A DNA stretch of 63,052 nucleotides, filler included, from Olpidium bornovanus S191 (GCA_017911155.1; 31 parts of 31 records of this genome joined end to end with filler, not necessarily neighbours in it); one strand, 5' to 3'. Shown: positions 22,046 through 34,633, numbered from the whole stretch's first letter. Numbers and translations are program-made. The notes: generated from the letters alone by a model not told the origin.

Positions 22046-23126
22046 GATCGCACCCAGATGAAGTTGACCGAGATATCCAGGCCGGTGAGCGGCTCGTGCC
22101 ACCTTTCGCGGTATATCGCGGTCCTGAGGGCCTGGAAGAGCTCCACGGCGCCCGAAACGGCGAACATTACCGTGTACGCCCGGACCGGGGCGAGTAGGTT
22201 CTGCGCGGCCGCGCACCGCGGCAAAGAGGAGGGAAAACCTCGGCTTTCAAAAGGCGCTCTCTCCCCGCACGCTCGCTGCGACCGAGCCGTCTCCTTCCGC
22301 TTCTCTCCCCCCGCCCCGCCCCCCCATCCCCCTCCCTCCAAACACGCGCGCGCTCGCACCTTTCCGATGCCGACGAAACCCACGCAGGAGTTCGCCAGCA
22401 GGACGACGGACCACGCCAGCTGCGCGACGAAAACTGCTCGGCTCCCCTTCTGCACCGTGAACCCGCTGTCGCCGCCCCCGTTTACGACCTGCGCGGCGGT
22501 CGACGGCGAATCGTACCACTGCAGGTCCTGAACTTCGCGGCCGACGTTGTAAATGGCGATGATCTGTTGCGGCGCCGGCGGGCGGAAGCGGGGCTCAGTC
22601 CTTCTTTTTTTGGATTGTGGGGGAGGAGGGGGGGGAGGGGGGACGGGGGGCGTTTATTTATCCTCCCCGCAAACCGGGCGCAAAAGCGGACCAAAAACAT
22701 ATGTGGATGTACGCCCGCCACCTCGGTTACCATGTCGAACGAGGTAAAGACCTGCGTTATTGGGAAAGTCGTGGTGATCCACTTATTATCGACCTGCCCA
22801 AAAAAAAAAAAAAAAAAAAACGACCGGGACCCTCGTTCTCGTTCCGCGCCGCGCCCGCGCGCACGCACCTGCACGCCCGCCTTCAGCGGTATGCACCAGC
22901 AGCAGGTGTCCGGCAGGACCAAGAAGCGCATCGTGTCCCACCCGACGACCGCTTCGTCCGGGGGGGGAAGACCTGCCGCCGCCGCCGCCGCGAACTCGGG
23001 GATTTCGTCCGGCCCCGGGGGAGGGGGGGACTGGAGGGGCACCTCGTCGGGGAGCAGCGCGAAGGTGCGGAGCCGCGGAGCCGGCTCGGGGTGGACCGCG
23101 CCGGCCGTTCCGCTGGCGGTGGACAT
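21974..23126 (-). CDS. Hypothetical multi-pass membrane protein (spliced)
   Basis: ATG 23126; DTCCWCIPLKAGVQ followed by hydrophobic exons (AVFVAQLAWSVVLLANSCVGFVGIGK; VRAYTVMFAVSGAVELF). CC-x-C-x-x-L-x-x-G recalls LAPTM/DUF4728-type proteins. Confidence 0.6.
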
Positions 23127-23180
23127 TTTGGCCGGGGGGTGGGAGGCCGTGTAGTCGCGTGTCCCGCCTTATTTTTTTTT

Positions 23181-23251
<71 letters not shown>

Positions 23252-23264
23252 TTTCCCCCCCCCT

Positions 23265-23301
<37 letters not shown>

Positions 23302-24514
23302 CCGGCACTTCGGAATTCGAGGAAACGACACGGCGCACGAATAAACAAGACAGAGCGCGGGACGAGCCGGCCGCAAACGGCCGAATCTGCATTCTAAAGC
23401 GTTTTTCTTTGCAGTTTTCTAACGAAAGTTGCACACTCAGCTGGTCGCCGCTTCGGGCCTCGCCCCAACTGCCTCTTTCCAAACCCCCTTTCCCCCACCA
23501 TCCTTGCCTCACTTCCGCCAATTCCGAGATGGGGTTGCACTTCAGTTCGGTGTGCTAATTCGCGCAGGACCGCAAACGAGCGCACGCGCAGGCGTTATTC
23601 GGGAAACCGCATGGCNNNNNNNNNNNNNNNNNNNNNNNNNNNNNNNNNNNNNNNNNNNNTTAATTAATTAANNNNNNNNNNNNNNNNNNNNNNNNNNNNN
23701 NNNNNNNNNNNNNNNCATGGCCGACGCCGTCGCCTACCTGTCCCGAGCCCCGGTCCGCGGGGATTTGCGGCATCGACGAATTCGTCGAACTTGGTCAGGA
23801 CCTCCGCTTGGCACGCAATCCGGTCGTAATCGGGATCCCCGGGAGGCCGCGCATTTCCCAGAGCTGATGACGCGAGCCGGCCGCGTCTCGCAACGACGGG
23901 CCGCTGCGCTTGCATTTCTGCGCTGTCCCCCGCGGGGCGACGGGGGCACCGAGCACCGGCTCAGACGGTTTTTCCGCCGCCGAAGGCCCCCTTCCTCGCC
24001 CCCTCCCCGTCGGCCCCTCTCTCCGGGCGATGCACCGCCCGAAGAACAACCCACGACGACTGCTGCCGCTGCTGGCACCCCGGGTGCCCTCGCGGGGCGC
24101 GGTTCCTGGGGGATCTGGCAGCCGCGAGAAGGAACGAGTGCAGCTCTGCGCAAGGCCGTGCGCGCGCGGGCGCGGAGCGGGCGTGCGCCGTGCGGGGATG
24201 GGCTTCCGGCCGGGCGCCGCAGCCAATGAGACGAAACGAGCGGCGGAAGAGTTTTCCGGTTGTTGGCTTTTGCGCCGGCGGCGCCGCGCGCACCCCTCCC
24301 CGGTCCGCCCCCCGCGCGCAAACGGCCCCTCCGCCGCCGCCACCGCCGCTCCGGGGAAGGACGGCCCGCCGCACGCCCGTACCATGGCGCCCCTCCGCCC
24401 CCTCCCCTCCCCCCGCCCCTCTCCCGCCCCAGCTCTCCCCGCGCGCTCTCGACTGGCCGCCACCGGCCGCACTCTTGAAAGAGGGAGGGAAGAAGACGGA
24501 GCGCCCACGGCGGG

Positions 24515-25945
24515 ATGAACGTGTCGTTCGCCGCGGACACGGTGGGCGGCCTGGACGACAGGCTGCGGGGCTCGCTCGTGCCGCCGTCGTCGGATGCCTT
24601 TGCCAAGACACGTGCGTCCATAGTAGGCGGCCTGGACTCGCTCACGAGTCTGGACGACTTGGCCGGGCTCGCCGTCCCAAGCGAACTCCCGGGGGTCATC
24701 CCGGAGACCGCGGGGCAGGAGGCGGGCGAAGTCGCTGGCGGCCCGGAGTCGCCGGATTCCCGGGACCCGAAGCTGCAGGATTGCGCCCTGCCGCCGGCCC
24801 CGTCGATCGGGAAGGAGAAGGCGGCGAACAAACCGAAGCTTATCGAGCGTGTTTCGCACAAGAGCTCATCAGAGTTGGTCGCTTCCGTGGCCCGGAACCC
24901 AACTTGGCTCAGGCACAAGCTAGGGCCCGAGGAGCGCAGGATGAAGCTTGCCAGGGAGCTTGACAAATTGGCTTCGGCGCTGAACAAAGCGGAGTACAGT
25001 CTTGACGCTGACCAGGACGCCGCGGCGACCTACAGCGACACCTGTCGGAAAAACGTGACCCGTGCCATCCGCGTCAGTGCTTCGGAGCGGGTGCACGACA
25101 TCGCGAAGGCCGCAGCGGCGTCGTCTGCTCTCAAGCGCAAGATCATCGGGGAAAAAACGCCCACTGAGGAAATAAAGGAAGTTGCAAAAGTTGCGGTCGA
25201 GGCTGCTGCTGTCCGAAAGAAGACGCTGCAAGAAACTTCCTCGGCGTACTCGTTTGCGAAGCCTGCGCCACTGGTGCGGTTCGGCGACGGAGCATTTGGA
25301 GACGGAAATGGGGTTGTGCAGCCAAACTCGCTTACTATTTTGACCTTCGGCACCGTCGGAATCACATAGAAATCTGTGCAACCACCGTTCGGCCGTTCCC
25401 CGTCGTTCGCCGAAAATAAAATTCGACGCGAATCTGTCCGACCGGGTCTGATCGAAGCTTCCCCGGACGGCCAAGGGGCGCTGCCGAAGATCCAGCGAAC
25501 CATATCCGCCGTTGACTCCACAAGTCTTGGCCCCACAATTTTGCTGACACCAGACGATTTGAAACCAGCACCGCCTAGAAACGCTTTTTTCCCACTTCGT
25601 TCATGGCAGCGGCGTCCGCCTCCGCTGGCGTTTGAAATGGATGCGCCTCAGATTTCTTTTCCCGATGAAAAGGCAGATGCCGTCGTAGGAAATTCACGGC
25701 GGTGTATGGAAGCCTTGAGATTGTCAAATACAAGATCGCCTGTTGATGGTTCCGTAAGTAGCTGGGCCTTTATTGTTGTTTGTTGCGGCGGGCGGGGGGA
25801 CAAACTCACTACTCCAATTTTAGAGCGCCCAGGCGGCATCAATTTTTGTCCCGGCATCCTTGGTACGGTGATTCCTTTTGTTTCGTTTTGGGAGGCCCTT
25901 TGGAAGCGCATTCCTAATGTGCCTGTTTTCGTGAAATGCCGATAA
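24515..25945 (+). CDS. Hypothetical protein (two in-frame ORFs probably joined by an intron ending at 25369)
   Basis: 284-aa and 189-aa ORFs in one frame separated by one TAG that fits an acceptor (CACATAG|AAA); phase-0 donor CTG|GTGCGG upstream. Coiled-coil-like segment RRMKLARELDKLASALNKAE. Confidence 0.5.
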
Positions 25946-26246
25946 GCAACATGCNNNNNNNNNNNNNNNNNNNNNNNNNNNNNNNNNNNNNNNNNNNNTT
26001 AATTAATTAANNNNNNNNNNNNNNNNNNNNNNNNNNNNNNNNNNNNNNNNNNNNCATAGCTGGAAAACGAAGCCTCGATTGAAGCCGTAAATTCGCAGGG
26101 GCGCGCGTTGCAAAAAGGGGGATATGACGGCACGAGCGGGACAGTTCGGTGAGATGTGAAAAAAGTGGAGGCATGTGGGGTATCCGTGGCTCAGATAATT
26201 GTGGATGCATATACAACAAAAGAAAAAAGTATGTTCATTCATGAAT

Positions 26247-27450
26247 TCATTTGAAAAATTGCGTCAGCAACGAATCGGGGTTATCAGGCGCGCTGCTCGA
26301 TTTGATAAAGTCCAGGACATTGGATACCGGATCAGAAGCGTCGGCCCACCTGGTCAATCCCATCCCGAGTAGGAAACCCAACACGTGTGCCTTGTTAGGA
26401 GTTCGCCGAAAAGCTTGAAGAAAAGATAAAAGCCGATCCGTCGCAATCAAGATAGAAACGGGCCGGGGGACGTACTGAGCAGCGTTCTGCGCGTCTCCTT
26501 CCGTTACTGGTATTAGGAACGGCTCCAACTTGACCTTGAAGTCCTCGTAACCCTCCTCCAGATCTTCCTGGTACTCGATCTGGTCGTGCTTTATCAGAAG
26601 TTTGTTGAGCTCCAGGGCTTGGCCGCACAGCTTCTCGAATTCCTGAAACTCGCCCTGCAGCTTCGCCAGCTGGGCGGGTCGGTGCTGCGCCCGCGCCTGA
26701 GGGGCGAGGAAGGCGTTGCAGATCTCGAGGGGCCCGGAATTAACTTGCAGGCGGACGCTGCCCTGAAGGACCATTTGGAGGTTCTTCAAGTTTGGCGGGT
26801 TGGCCTGTATCGCTGTTCGGAGCTTGTTGCAGCGCTCGTAGATGGCCTCAATGGATACCTCCAGGGGGGTCAGGTCGAGCTGCGGTTTTGGCCGCGTGCG
26901 GTTGTGTTTTTTAATGGCCTGGCCCGTGCTCGCCCGGTTGCTTTGTTTCATTTCGCCAAAAAAAAACAAATTGTTCTGACCTCTTCTCGTGACACCACCG
27001 GCAACCGCTTCTTCAGGTAAGGAAACGGGTGCTCGGTAGTCAGGATTGTTTTCCGTTTTCGCTGATTGGCCACATTCCCGTGGGCCTTTCCTGATGTGGT
27101 GTACGGCGTCTCGAAGACGAATTTTTCTGCACATCGGCGACAAATTACGCTGCAGTTAAACATGAAATATTTCCCCCCTTTCCCCAAACCCCCCCCCCCC
27201 CCCCCCCTCCCCCCCCCCCCCCCCCCCCCCTCTTCCTCCGTGCGCCGTCTCCCGCGCTGGGCAGCATGCACCCACTTATATCTGTCATCCGCTCAAAGTA
27301 CGTTGTACGTTTGGCCTGCTCTTTTGAATCCAAGTATGGCTCCACGAATGTCACCTGCACGTAAGCCTTCTCCGGATCAAGCTTTGCCCTGTCGACCCTG
27401 TTAGAATCCTGGAGGAGCTGGAACTGTAATCCGAAGCGCTCCGTGTAGCA
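26247..27450 (-). CDS. DOCK-family GEF, DHR-2 C-terminus, zizimin type (DOCK6-11-like) (5'-partial, spliced)
   Basis: VDRAKLDPEKAYVQVTFVEPY; FVFETPYTTSGKAHG...KRKTILTTEHPFPYLKKR; LTPLEVSIE; LQMVLQGSVRLQVNSGPLEICNAFL; CGQALELNKLLIKHDQIEYQ. Confidence 0.92.
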
Positions 27451-27669
27451 TGCCTTCCAAAATTTGCCAACCGATTACCCACAGCATAAGAGCATATCTC
27501 AGGTAACCGGGGGGAAAGAAGGAAGAACGACCTCTCCTACCCCACCCCCCTTTGTGATAAACACCAGGGNNNNNNNNNNNNNNNNNNNNNNNNNNNNNNN
27601 NNNNNNNNNNNNNTTAATTAATTAANNNNNNNNNNNNNNNNNNNNNNNNNNNNNNNNNNNNNNNNNNNN

Positions 27670-29754
27670 CATGAAGCCCCAGGCTTCCGGGAGCAGCTTC
27701 CGGACCGTGGTGGTCTTCAGCGTGGCAAAGAAAGCTCCCCGGTGCACGCAGCGGAAGTGCGCAAGGTAGCGGTAGAAATTTAGCTTCTCTGCCACGATCG
27801 TAAAACCGGTCATCTGCTGCTGGTCGAGACCCGTGCCCGTGACGAGGTTGCCCGTCGCCAAGAAGTACTTGAGCTTTTGGCCGATATCCCCCGGTGCTTT
27901 ATTCAACGTCTTGATGATGTACTTGTCTGGAACGAACGCAACCGGGAAATCCCTCGCGTCGCGTCAGCGAAACAGGGAATCACTTCTTCCGAGCAAAACG
28001 ACCCGCGCGGGACGTACTATCTAGAAAATCTACCGTCGCCGGATTTCTTCTAAGATCTTGTTGGACTATGCTGCGAAACCCGTTGAGGAAATCCTCGAAT
28101 TTCTCTTTTATGATGTTTGCGTACAAGTGGCCGGGGAGCAAGATCTCGTGAAACTGGGTCGAATCCACGTTGTCCGCGCAACACGACCCGGACGCCAGCG
28201 CGTACAGTTTCTGAATCATATACCTGAGCGCGCGACGGAAAACCGCGGGCGAGGGTCAGCGACGCGCCGGGAGGGATCGCTTTGACGGGCGGCGAGAGAA
28301 AGCGCAAGCTCTTTCCCCGGTCTGCGGCGGTACGCACACAAGCAGGTTGTACTTGTCCCGCCGGGAATCGAGGTGCACGAGAACCACCTTTCGGAGCAGC
28401 GCCTCGCCAATTTCCCGGTCCTTGAAGTCCGCGGGGAGGCCCAAGACGACGCGGAACTTGTCGCCCAAGTAGGCGAGGCATTGGTCGCGGGTGTAGACGC
28501 CGAAGCCCTTGTGCGCGCGGAGAAGGCCCTCGACGCGCTCCAGGATCCAGGTGTCCGCCTCGCCGCGGAGGATGTCGTCGCAGATCTCCGCGTCCGACAC
28601 GGCCAGCAGGCTCTTGAGGATCAGCACGGCGGGCACCAGGTACTCCTGCTTCCGCCAGCTAAACCGGAAGACCACCTGGCCGTCGGAAAGGTAGTGCAGC
28701 GTCACCGTCTGCGACGACTGGTCCGGCCTGACGCAGCGGATCTGCACGCCAAACTGCGTGTACGCCGGACCTCGACTCGCGTACGACGGACGGACGATTG
28801 CCACGGCCTGCGTTTTTATTTTGCAAGTCGTCAGCAGGCGCGAATGCGCAAAGGGCGGGCCGGTTGCCCGCCCGCCAAGTCACCGGCCGTCCCGCAACAA
28901 GAGGTGGCTCACGTGGTTTCTTCGCGGCGCAACGACCAGGCGCACGATCTTCTCGTTCCCGTTTATGATAAAGTAGCCCCCCATCTCCTCCCCTTCCTCC
29001 CGCCGCGCTATCAACTCCGCCGACGACATGCCCTGAAGGTTACAACGATTTCCCTGCGACGCCGGGCAAGGGCCGTGAAGAATTGCACGGGGCCGGAGGG
29101 GGTCAGAAACGCCGAACGAGAGTTCCCGAGGTCTCGCACAAGCACGCAAGCTCGGGGGAAGGTGCACGTACTCTGACCATGACGGGCAGGAGACCGAACT
29201 GGTGCGACTCGCTGTTTACGGGTCCGTCGTTCACGCTCCAGCACACCTTGGCCATGAGCTTGCCGCAGTAGGAGACGCCGCGCTCGCGGCACTCGGCAGG
29301 GTATATTAGGCGGTTGCGCGAGTGCTTGTCGCGGTCGGGGACCATGGGCCGACCGACCTGGACGTCCTCTATCCACACTGGAGGGGGTCACACGTCAGCT
29401 AAACGCACGCCGGAGCGTTTTTTTTTTCCGGAAAGCCCGCCGCCGCCGCGCGCCGCCGCCGCCCCGCCATTTACTCAGCAGCTTGTTTCCCCGCGAAGCG
29501 CCCGACGCGGCGGCCTTCCTGTCAAAGACGGCCTTCACGCCGATGTCGGCAACGGCGAGCTCGAGCAGGCCGCCGCCGGCACCGCCGCCGCCGGAGGGGA
29601 CGCTCGGTCCCGCGGGAGGCTCGCACAGGGCGTTGAAAGAGTCGACGTGGGCGGCGGTAAGGCGCTGCAGCGCAGGGTACTCGTGGCCGTTGGCGGGCGG
29701 GTTCGCGGCGGCGCGCTGCCGTTCGAGGGTGCGGAAGGCGACGTCGGGCGCCAT
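27670..29754 (-). CDS. RPA135: RNA polymerase I second-largest subunit, N-terminal part (3'-partial, spliced)
   Basis: [12 protein letters not shown]...AHVDSFN; [17 protein letters not shown]; [18 protein letters not shown]; [29 protein letters not shown]; YFLATGNL; [37 protein letters not shown]. Confidence 0.95.
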
Positions 29755-29818
29755 GGCGGGTCCCTCTCCCCCCCGGCCCCCCGGGGCCGCCCCCTGTCGC
29801 GCGCGCGTGCGCTCTCTC

Positions 29819-29877
<59 letters not shown>

Positions 29878-30102
29878 TTCCCGCGCGGGGCGTCTGGCGG
29901 CGGGTTGGCTTGGTCGGTCCTATTGGCCGCGCGGAGGAGGAGGAGGAGGAGGAGGAGGGGGGGGGGGGGCGGGGGGGGGGGGGGGGGGGGGGGGGGCGGT
30001 GGNNNNNNNNNNNNNNNNNNNNNNNNNNNNNNNNNNNNNNNNNNNNTTAATTAATTAANNNNNNNNNNNNNNNNNNNNNNNNNNNNNNNNNNNNNNNNNN
30101 NN

Positions 30103-30732
30103 AAATCCTTACGCCGACTGAACCACTTGATATCCTTGAACAATCCGGGCGATAACTTTAGAATCAACGTACAGGCACCCTTACAATTCAACACGAGTAA
30201 CTTCGAAACCAATGGCGTTCATGTTCTCCGCGACGGCGCACAGGCTCGCGCGGAAAGATTTTGGGAATTTTACAGAAACATCAGGGACAGCGTGCTTTCC
30301 GAAGTACCAGCAAGCGATGATGTCGGCGAACAGCACCAAGGAATAGTGCATCACTTGCCACCCGTGCCACCCGGCATACTTCGCTCGACTTACAGCGGCC
30401 GTTGGAATCGCAAAGGGCAGCTCACGAACGAGGCTGTTCGCGAAGTGCTGCTTGTCGTAGCAATCGAGCTGTCCAGGTGCTTCTCGGAACTCTACGACGC
30501 GGAAAGCGACGTCGAATTCCCTCGTGATTTCGCCCGATGGCTGGAACGGTTCACGAAGCTGCAGAAGGCGATATCCAAGATACGTATATACGACAATGGT
30601 CCCTTGTGTGCCCATGCCTTGGCAATTAGTCGGCTTTTTAACGATATCTTGCATCGCCATGCTGTCGAAGTTCACCGATTCCACGAACTTACGATTACGA
30701 AGGCAGCCAATTTTGCAAGGGCCATGATCTAG
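30103..30732 (+). CDS. Hypothetical intronless ORF open from the contig start (about 209 codons)
   Basis: Non-repetitive, helical-looking translation (AVREVLLVVAIELSRCFSELY...FARWLERFTKLQKAI); lower GC than the host genes. No family recognised. Confidence 0.45.
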   Translation, partial: KSLRRLNHLISLNNPGDNFRINVQAPLQFNTSNFETNGVHVLRDGAQARAERFWEFYRNIRDSVLSEVPASDDVGEQHQGIVHHLPPVPPGILRSTYSGRWNRKGQLTNEAVREVLLVVAIELSRCFSELYDAESDVEFPRDFARWLERFTKLQKAISKIRIYDNGPLCAHALAISRLFNDILHRHAVEVHRFHELTITKAANFARAMI

Positions 30733-31314
30733 ACCTGGAGAATATCTTCCAACCCTAAACTCAGAGATTAGGATTGCCGCCAATTTTCCAATATACATTT
30801 ACGGATCATGTAAATCTCCTCCCTCCTCCTCCTCATCCTCCCTTTTTGTTTACTCCAGCCTATATATTCTTTTTTGTTTTTTTAGAGCCGGAAACGGCTT
30901 TGGAGAAAGAGAGCGTCGTGAGCTTTCGAAGAAACTCCTACCGATTTGTCGGTAGGGCCGAGACCCCCCCCACTTTGAGACAAGCGACCAGTGAAAGCAC
31001 GTGCCGGGGGGGTGACGGCTGGCCAGACGGGGTGGGGGGGGGGGGGGGGGGGGGGGAGGGGGGGGGGGGGGAAAGAGGGGAGGCACCGTTTTTTCCGTGC
31101 GGCGTGGCGCAGCGAGGGGGAGGGGAGAAGGCGGTCGCGGGCGGGGGGCAAAAACCACTCGCCGCGCAAGTGGGGAGATGAAAAGNNNNNNNNNNNNNNN
31201 NNNNNNNNNNNNNNNNNNNNNNNNNNNNNTTAATTAATTAANNNNNNNNNNNNNNNNNNNNNNNNNNNNNNNNNNNNNNNNNNNNACCGCCAAACAAAAA
31301 AAAAAAAAAAAATT

Positions 31315-31353
<39 letters not shown>

Positions 31354-32115
31354 CTGAAAAAATGACACGTTAGCCCCGAGCCTCCCAACACGTTCCGGTG
31401 CCTTTTCGTTCGCCAGCGATTTTTATTCGTACAATTTGTGCAATATACCCCCCTTTTTCTCTCTCTCCCCAACCGACACTTGCGCTTTTGGCCCTTTTTT
31501 TTTTTCTCCCCTTCGCTTTTTTTGTTCATTCTTGACGAGGTTATTAAAACGTCTGATTCGACTTTCCCCTGGTCGCTCGACGTTTTCGGCGTTTCGCCTG
31601 TCGTGGGGTGGGAAGCGGGGAGTTTGTTTCCTGGGCAAAATCCTCCCCGCGAGCGACGCAAGAGGGCCGCGGGTGTTGATGATATTGGCGCGCGCGCAAG
31701 CCTGTGTAGCGAAAGGCCAAAACGCGCGATCCGGCCGGGAAAAAAAAAAAAAAAAATTCTCTCTCGGTACGCCGGGGGCTTTTTTTTTTTTGGTGCGAAA
31801 CAGCTAAACTCAACGGCGGTCGCCCTCTCCTGCGCGCGCAAGTCCGTTTGCTCAGAAACGAAAACGACGGCAACATTTTTTTTTTCGTTTTTTCGTCTTT
31901 CCGGGGTTTCCGGGCCGCCGCCGCCGCGGAACGGCGGTCCGGAGTTGTGCCCGCGCAAGACGTGGCTATCACGCGGGGCAGCTGCAGAAGGAAGAAGGAA
32001 AAAAATATATTCTTTTCTCGCTTTTCCGTGGATTATGTGAGCGAAAAGGGGTAGAAAACGGGGGTGAATCGGTGGGGGGGGGGGGGGGGACGGGGGGGGG
32101 GGTGGGGGGGGGGCA

Positions 32116-32147
<32 letters not shown>

Positions 32148-32243
32148 ATGGGGAAGCGATATGGTACACTCGACTGGACTTTGAGCAAACGGGACGACGA
32201 CGACGACGACGAAACGAAAAAAAAAAAAAAAAAAGCGTGGTTT

Positions 32244-33296
32244 TCACAATGTCATCAGCAGGTCCATTGCGGAGAAGCTGTTCTCTTTGCAAATCTTCCC
32301 CTGGAAATGTGAGGCGCGCAGTTTAGTTTTTTTTTTTTTTGTTATCCGGTCCGCATCTCGATTAGCGCGTCAAATATCGCGCGCCTCCTTTCAAATTTTC
32401 CACACCCCCGTGTCTCCCTTCTTCCCTCCCTCCCAAGGCAAACGCAAACTCGGGACCGGCCCCGGCCAAAACGCCGCAAGTGCGGGCAGTGCGTCGCCAC
32501 CGGCCCGTTGTTCGGGATATACCTTCTCCATTATGTACTTGTCTGCGCATTTACCCAAGCACTGTCAGCTTATTTGCCCTGGACGGCCCCCATCTGGCAC
32601 CCCCCCCCCCCCCGCCTCCCGCCCCGCCCCCCAATCCCAAACCGCGGACAAAAAAAAACCGATCAGTCTTTGACGAAAAGCGATTTCCGTGGACTCACTT
32701 TCTTTGTACTTCTGACCCGCCACGTAAGCGTTTATCTGCCGCGACGAGCCGCGCCGGAGTCGAGACCGCGGGTGCGGGGTGCGGGCGGGAAAGAACGGAG
32801 AACGGGAGATGAGCATATCCGCCCACAAAATTAATGGAATGCATATGAAACTCGTGCTATAAATGGATCAGCGGTTACACCATATCATTACACGGCAATC
32901 ATAATATAGAATTCAATATTTCCAAACCTCCCACCCTTCCTCCCTCTTTCCCCCGGAAAGCGGGGGAGGGTTTTCGACGGTCATAGTCATGAAAAATGGG
33001 CGAGCCAGAACACCGGCCGGGTGCGCAGAACACCGGCCGGGTACGTGTGTGGCTTTTTTTTTTTCTTTTTTTTTTGATTTCCTTCCCCGACTGTGGGGAC
33101 CGCCGGGGGGGAAGGGGGGGGGGGGTCCTGACCACTCACATATTTCCACCCGAGGACGGTCTGGCAGTTCACGCACTTGATGTCCGCCACGGTGTGTCGC
33201 CCGGTCATTAACACCCGCTCTTCGGGCGTGCCTTCGATCACGTTCGCCACGTTGCTGAAGAGGTAAGCCCTCCCGTGCCTGCCCTGGAAAGCCTGC
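32244..33296 (-). CDS. Yippee/MOH1-family zinc-binding protein (5'-partial, spliced)
   Basis: [18 protein letters not shown]...[27 protein letters not shown]|[12 protein letters not shown]|NKYIMEK|GKICKENSF...; stop at 32244-32246. Confidence 0.88.
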
Positions 33297-33322
33297 GGAA
33301 AAGTCGAATCAGCAAACCTCCT

Positions 33323-33361
<39 letters not shown>

Positions 33362-33768
33362 CCCGTTTCCCCCNNNNNNNNNNNNNNNNNNNNNNNNNNN
33401 NNNNNNNNNNNNNNNNNTTAATTAATTAANNNNNNNNNNNNNNNNNNNNNNNNNNNNNNNNNNNNNNNNNNNNCGGCCGCGATCGCCGGCGCAGACGGAA
33501 GTGTGAGAAAAAACAATCTCCGGTTTTCCCGATGTGATATGGCCCCCCCGGGGGCCCCCCCCCCACCCCCACCCCCCCCGCCCGCCCCCCCCCCCCCCCC
33601 CCCCACACCCCACCGCACACAAGAGCTCGGAGCCCTGCGTGGTAACCGCGCGGGAAGGGACCGGACGCACCACGTCGACAGACGCGACGTCAAACGACGG
33701 CTTTGCCGTCGACCTGCCTTCGCTTGACGTCGACAAGCATAAATAGCGTCCCTTCCGCTCCGTAGCTC

Positions 33769-34633
33769 TGTTGGGCATATCGGCGTAGTTGGAACCCCTC
33801 GATGTTAGAGTATAGTAAACAGGAGTCTCCCCGTCCTTCCCCCTGCCCGCCTCGTCCGCTCAACAATAAACAAACGGTTCACAACAGGTTATGAGCCCAA
33901 CGGACTGCCACTGCCCGTGAGCCCGAACTGCCCTGACCTGCCCCGCAGTACGCTCCAGCATCCTCCAAAGAGAGAGCTCGCGCCGTTCGTCGGCGCCGCC
34001 GAAGGAAGGGGAGCGCGCCGTTCGTCGGCGCAGCGGAAGAAGGAGCGCGCCGTTCGTCGGCGCAGCAGAAGGTTACGCGCAGCCGGAGAGGAGCCCCGGC
34101 GCCGCCCCCACGAGCGCAGCAGGAGAACGGAGCAGAAGAAGGAGCGCCGCCGCCATCGCAGCGCGCACCGCTGCGCACCCGCCATCGCGCGCCGCCGCCC
34201 CACCGCCGCGCGCGCAGAAGAGGAGCCGCACCACCGCGCGCACCGCAGCGCGTCCACCGCCGCGCGCCCACCGCCGTGCAGAAGTAAAGGAGCGCCGCCA
34301 CCGCCGCACAGAAGAGAAGGACCACCGCCGCCATCGCCGCGCGTGCAGAAGGGGCGCCATTCGCCGCGCAACCACCGCCGCTGCATCTCGGCGACACGCA
34401 GTACGCCGACCGGCACGCCACCGCCGGACCGAGTCGAACCGCACGCCATCCGTTGGCGCTGCGCGCGCGCAGAAAAAGAACACCGCAGAAGGAGAGAAAA
34501 AGGAGGAGCCAAGAAGCCTGTCCGTGAACACCGCCGCCCGGCCGTTCGTCGGCCCCGAGGCGAGAAGACAGACAAAGGCAAAGACTGCCTCGCCCCCACT
34601 GCCCTTCAAGAAGGGAGTGGGGCCACCGGCAAG
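33769..34633 (+). mobile_element. Copia-like element 5' end, copy 3: 118-bp LTR (33769-33886), half-tRNAiMet PBS (33887-33900), GC-rich repetitive leader
   Basis: TGTTGG...AATAAA...CACAACA|GGTTATGAGCCCAA; shares TAGTTGGAACCCCT with the copy 1 LTR and CATCTCGGCGACACGCAG with the copy 2 leader. Confidence 0.8.

Noticed and set aside
25367-25369. Stop-codon readthrough between two in-frame ORFs
   Set aside because: The TAG fits a 3' splice site with a phase-compatible upstream donor.
33767-33904. Tf1-like self-priming: TCTGTTGGGC (33767-33776), downstream of a TATA-like motif, can pair with GCCCAACGGA (33895-33904)
   Set aside because: TGTTGG is simply the LTR 5' terminus, and the pairing is not adjacent to the LTR end. 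The PBS is better explained by the tRNAiMet anticodon arm and is conserved in copies that lack this pairing.
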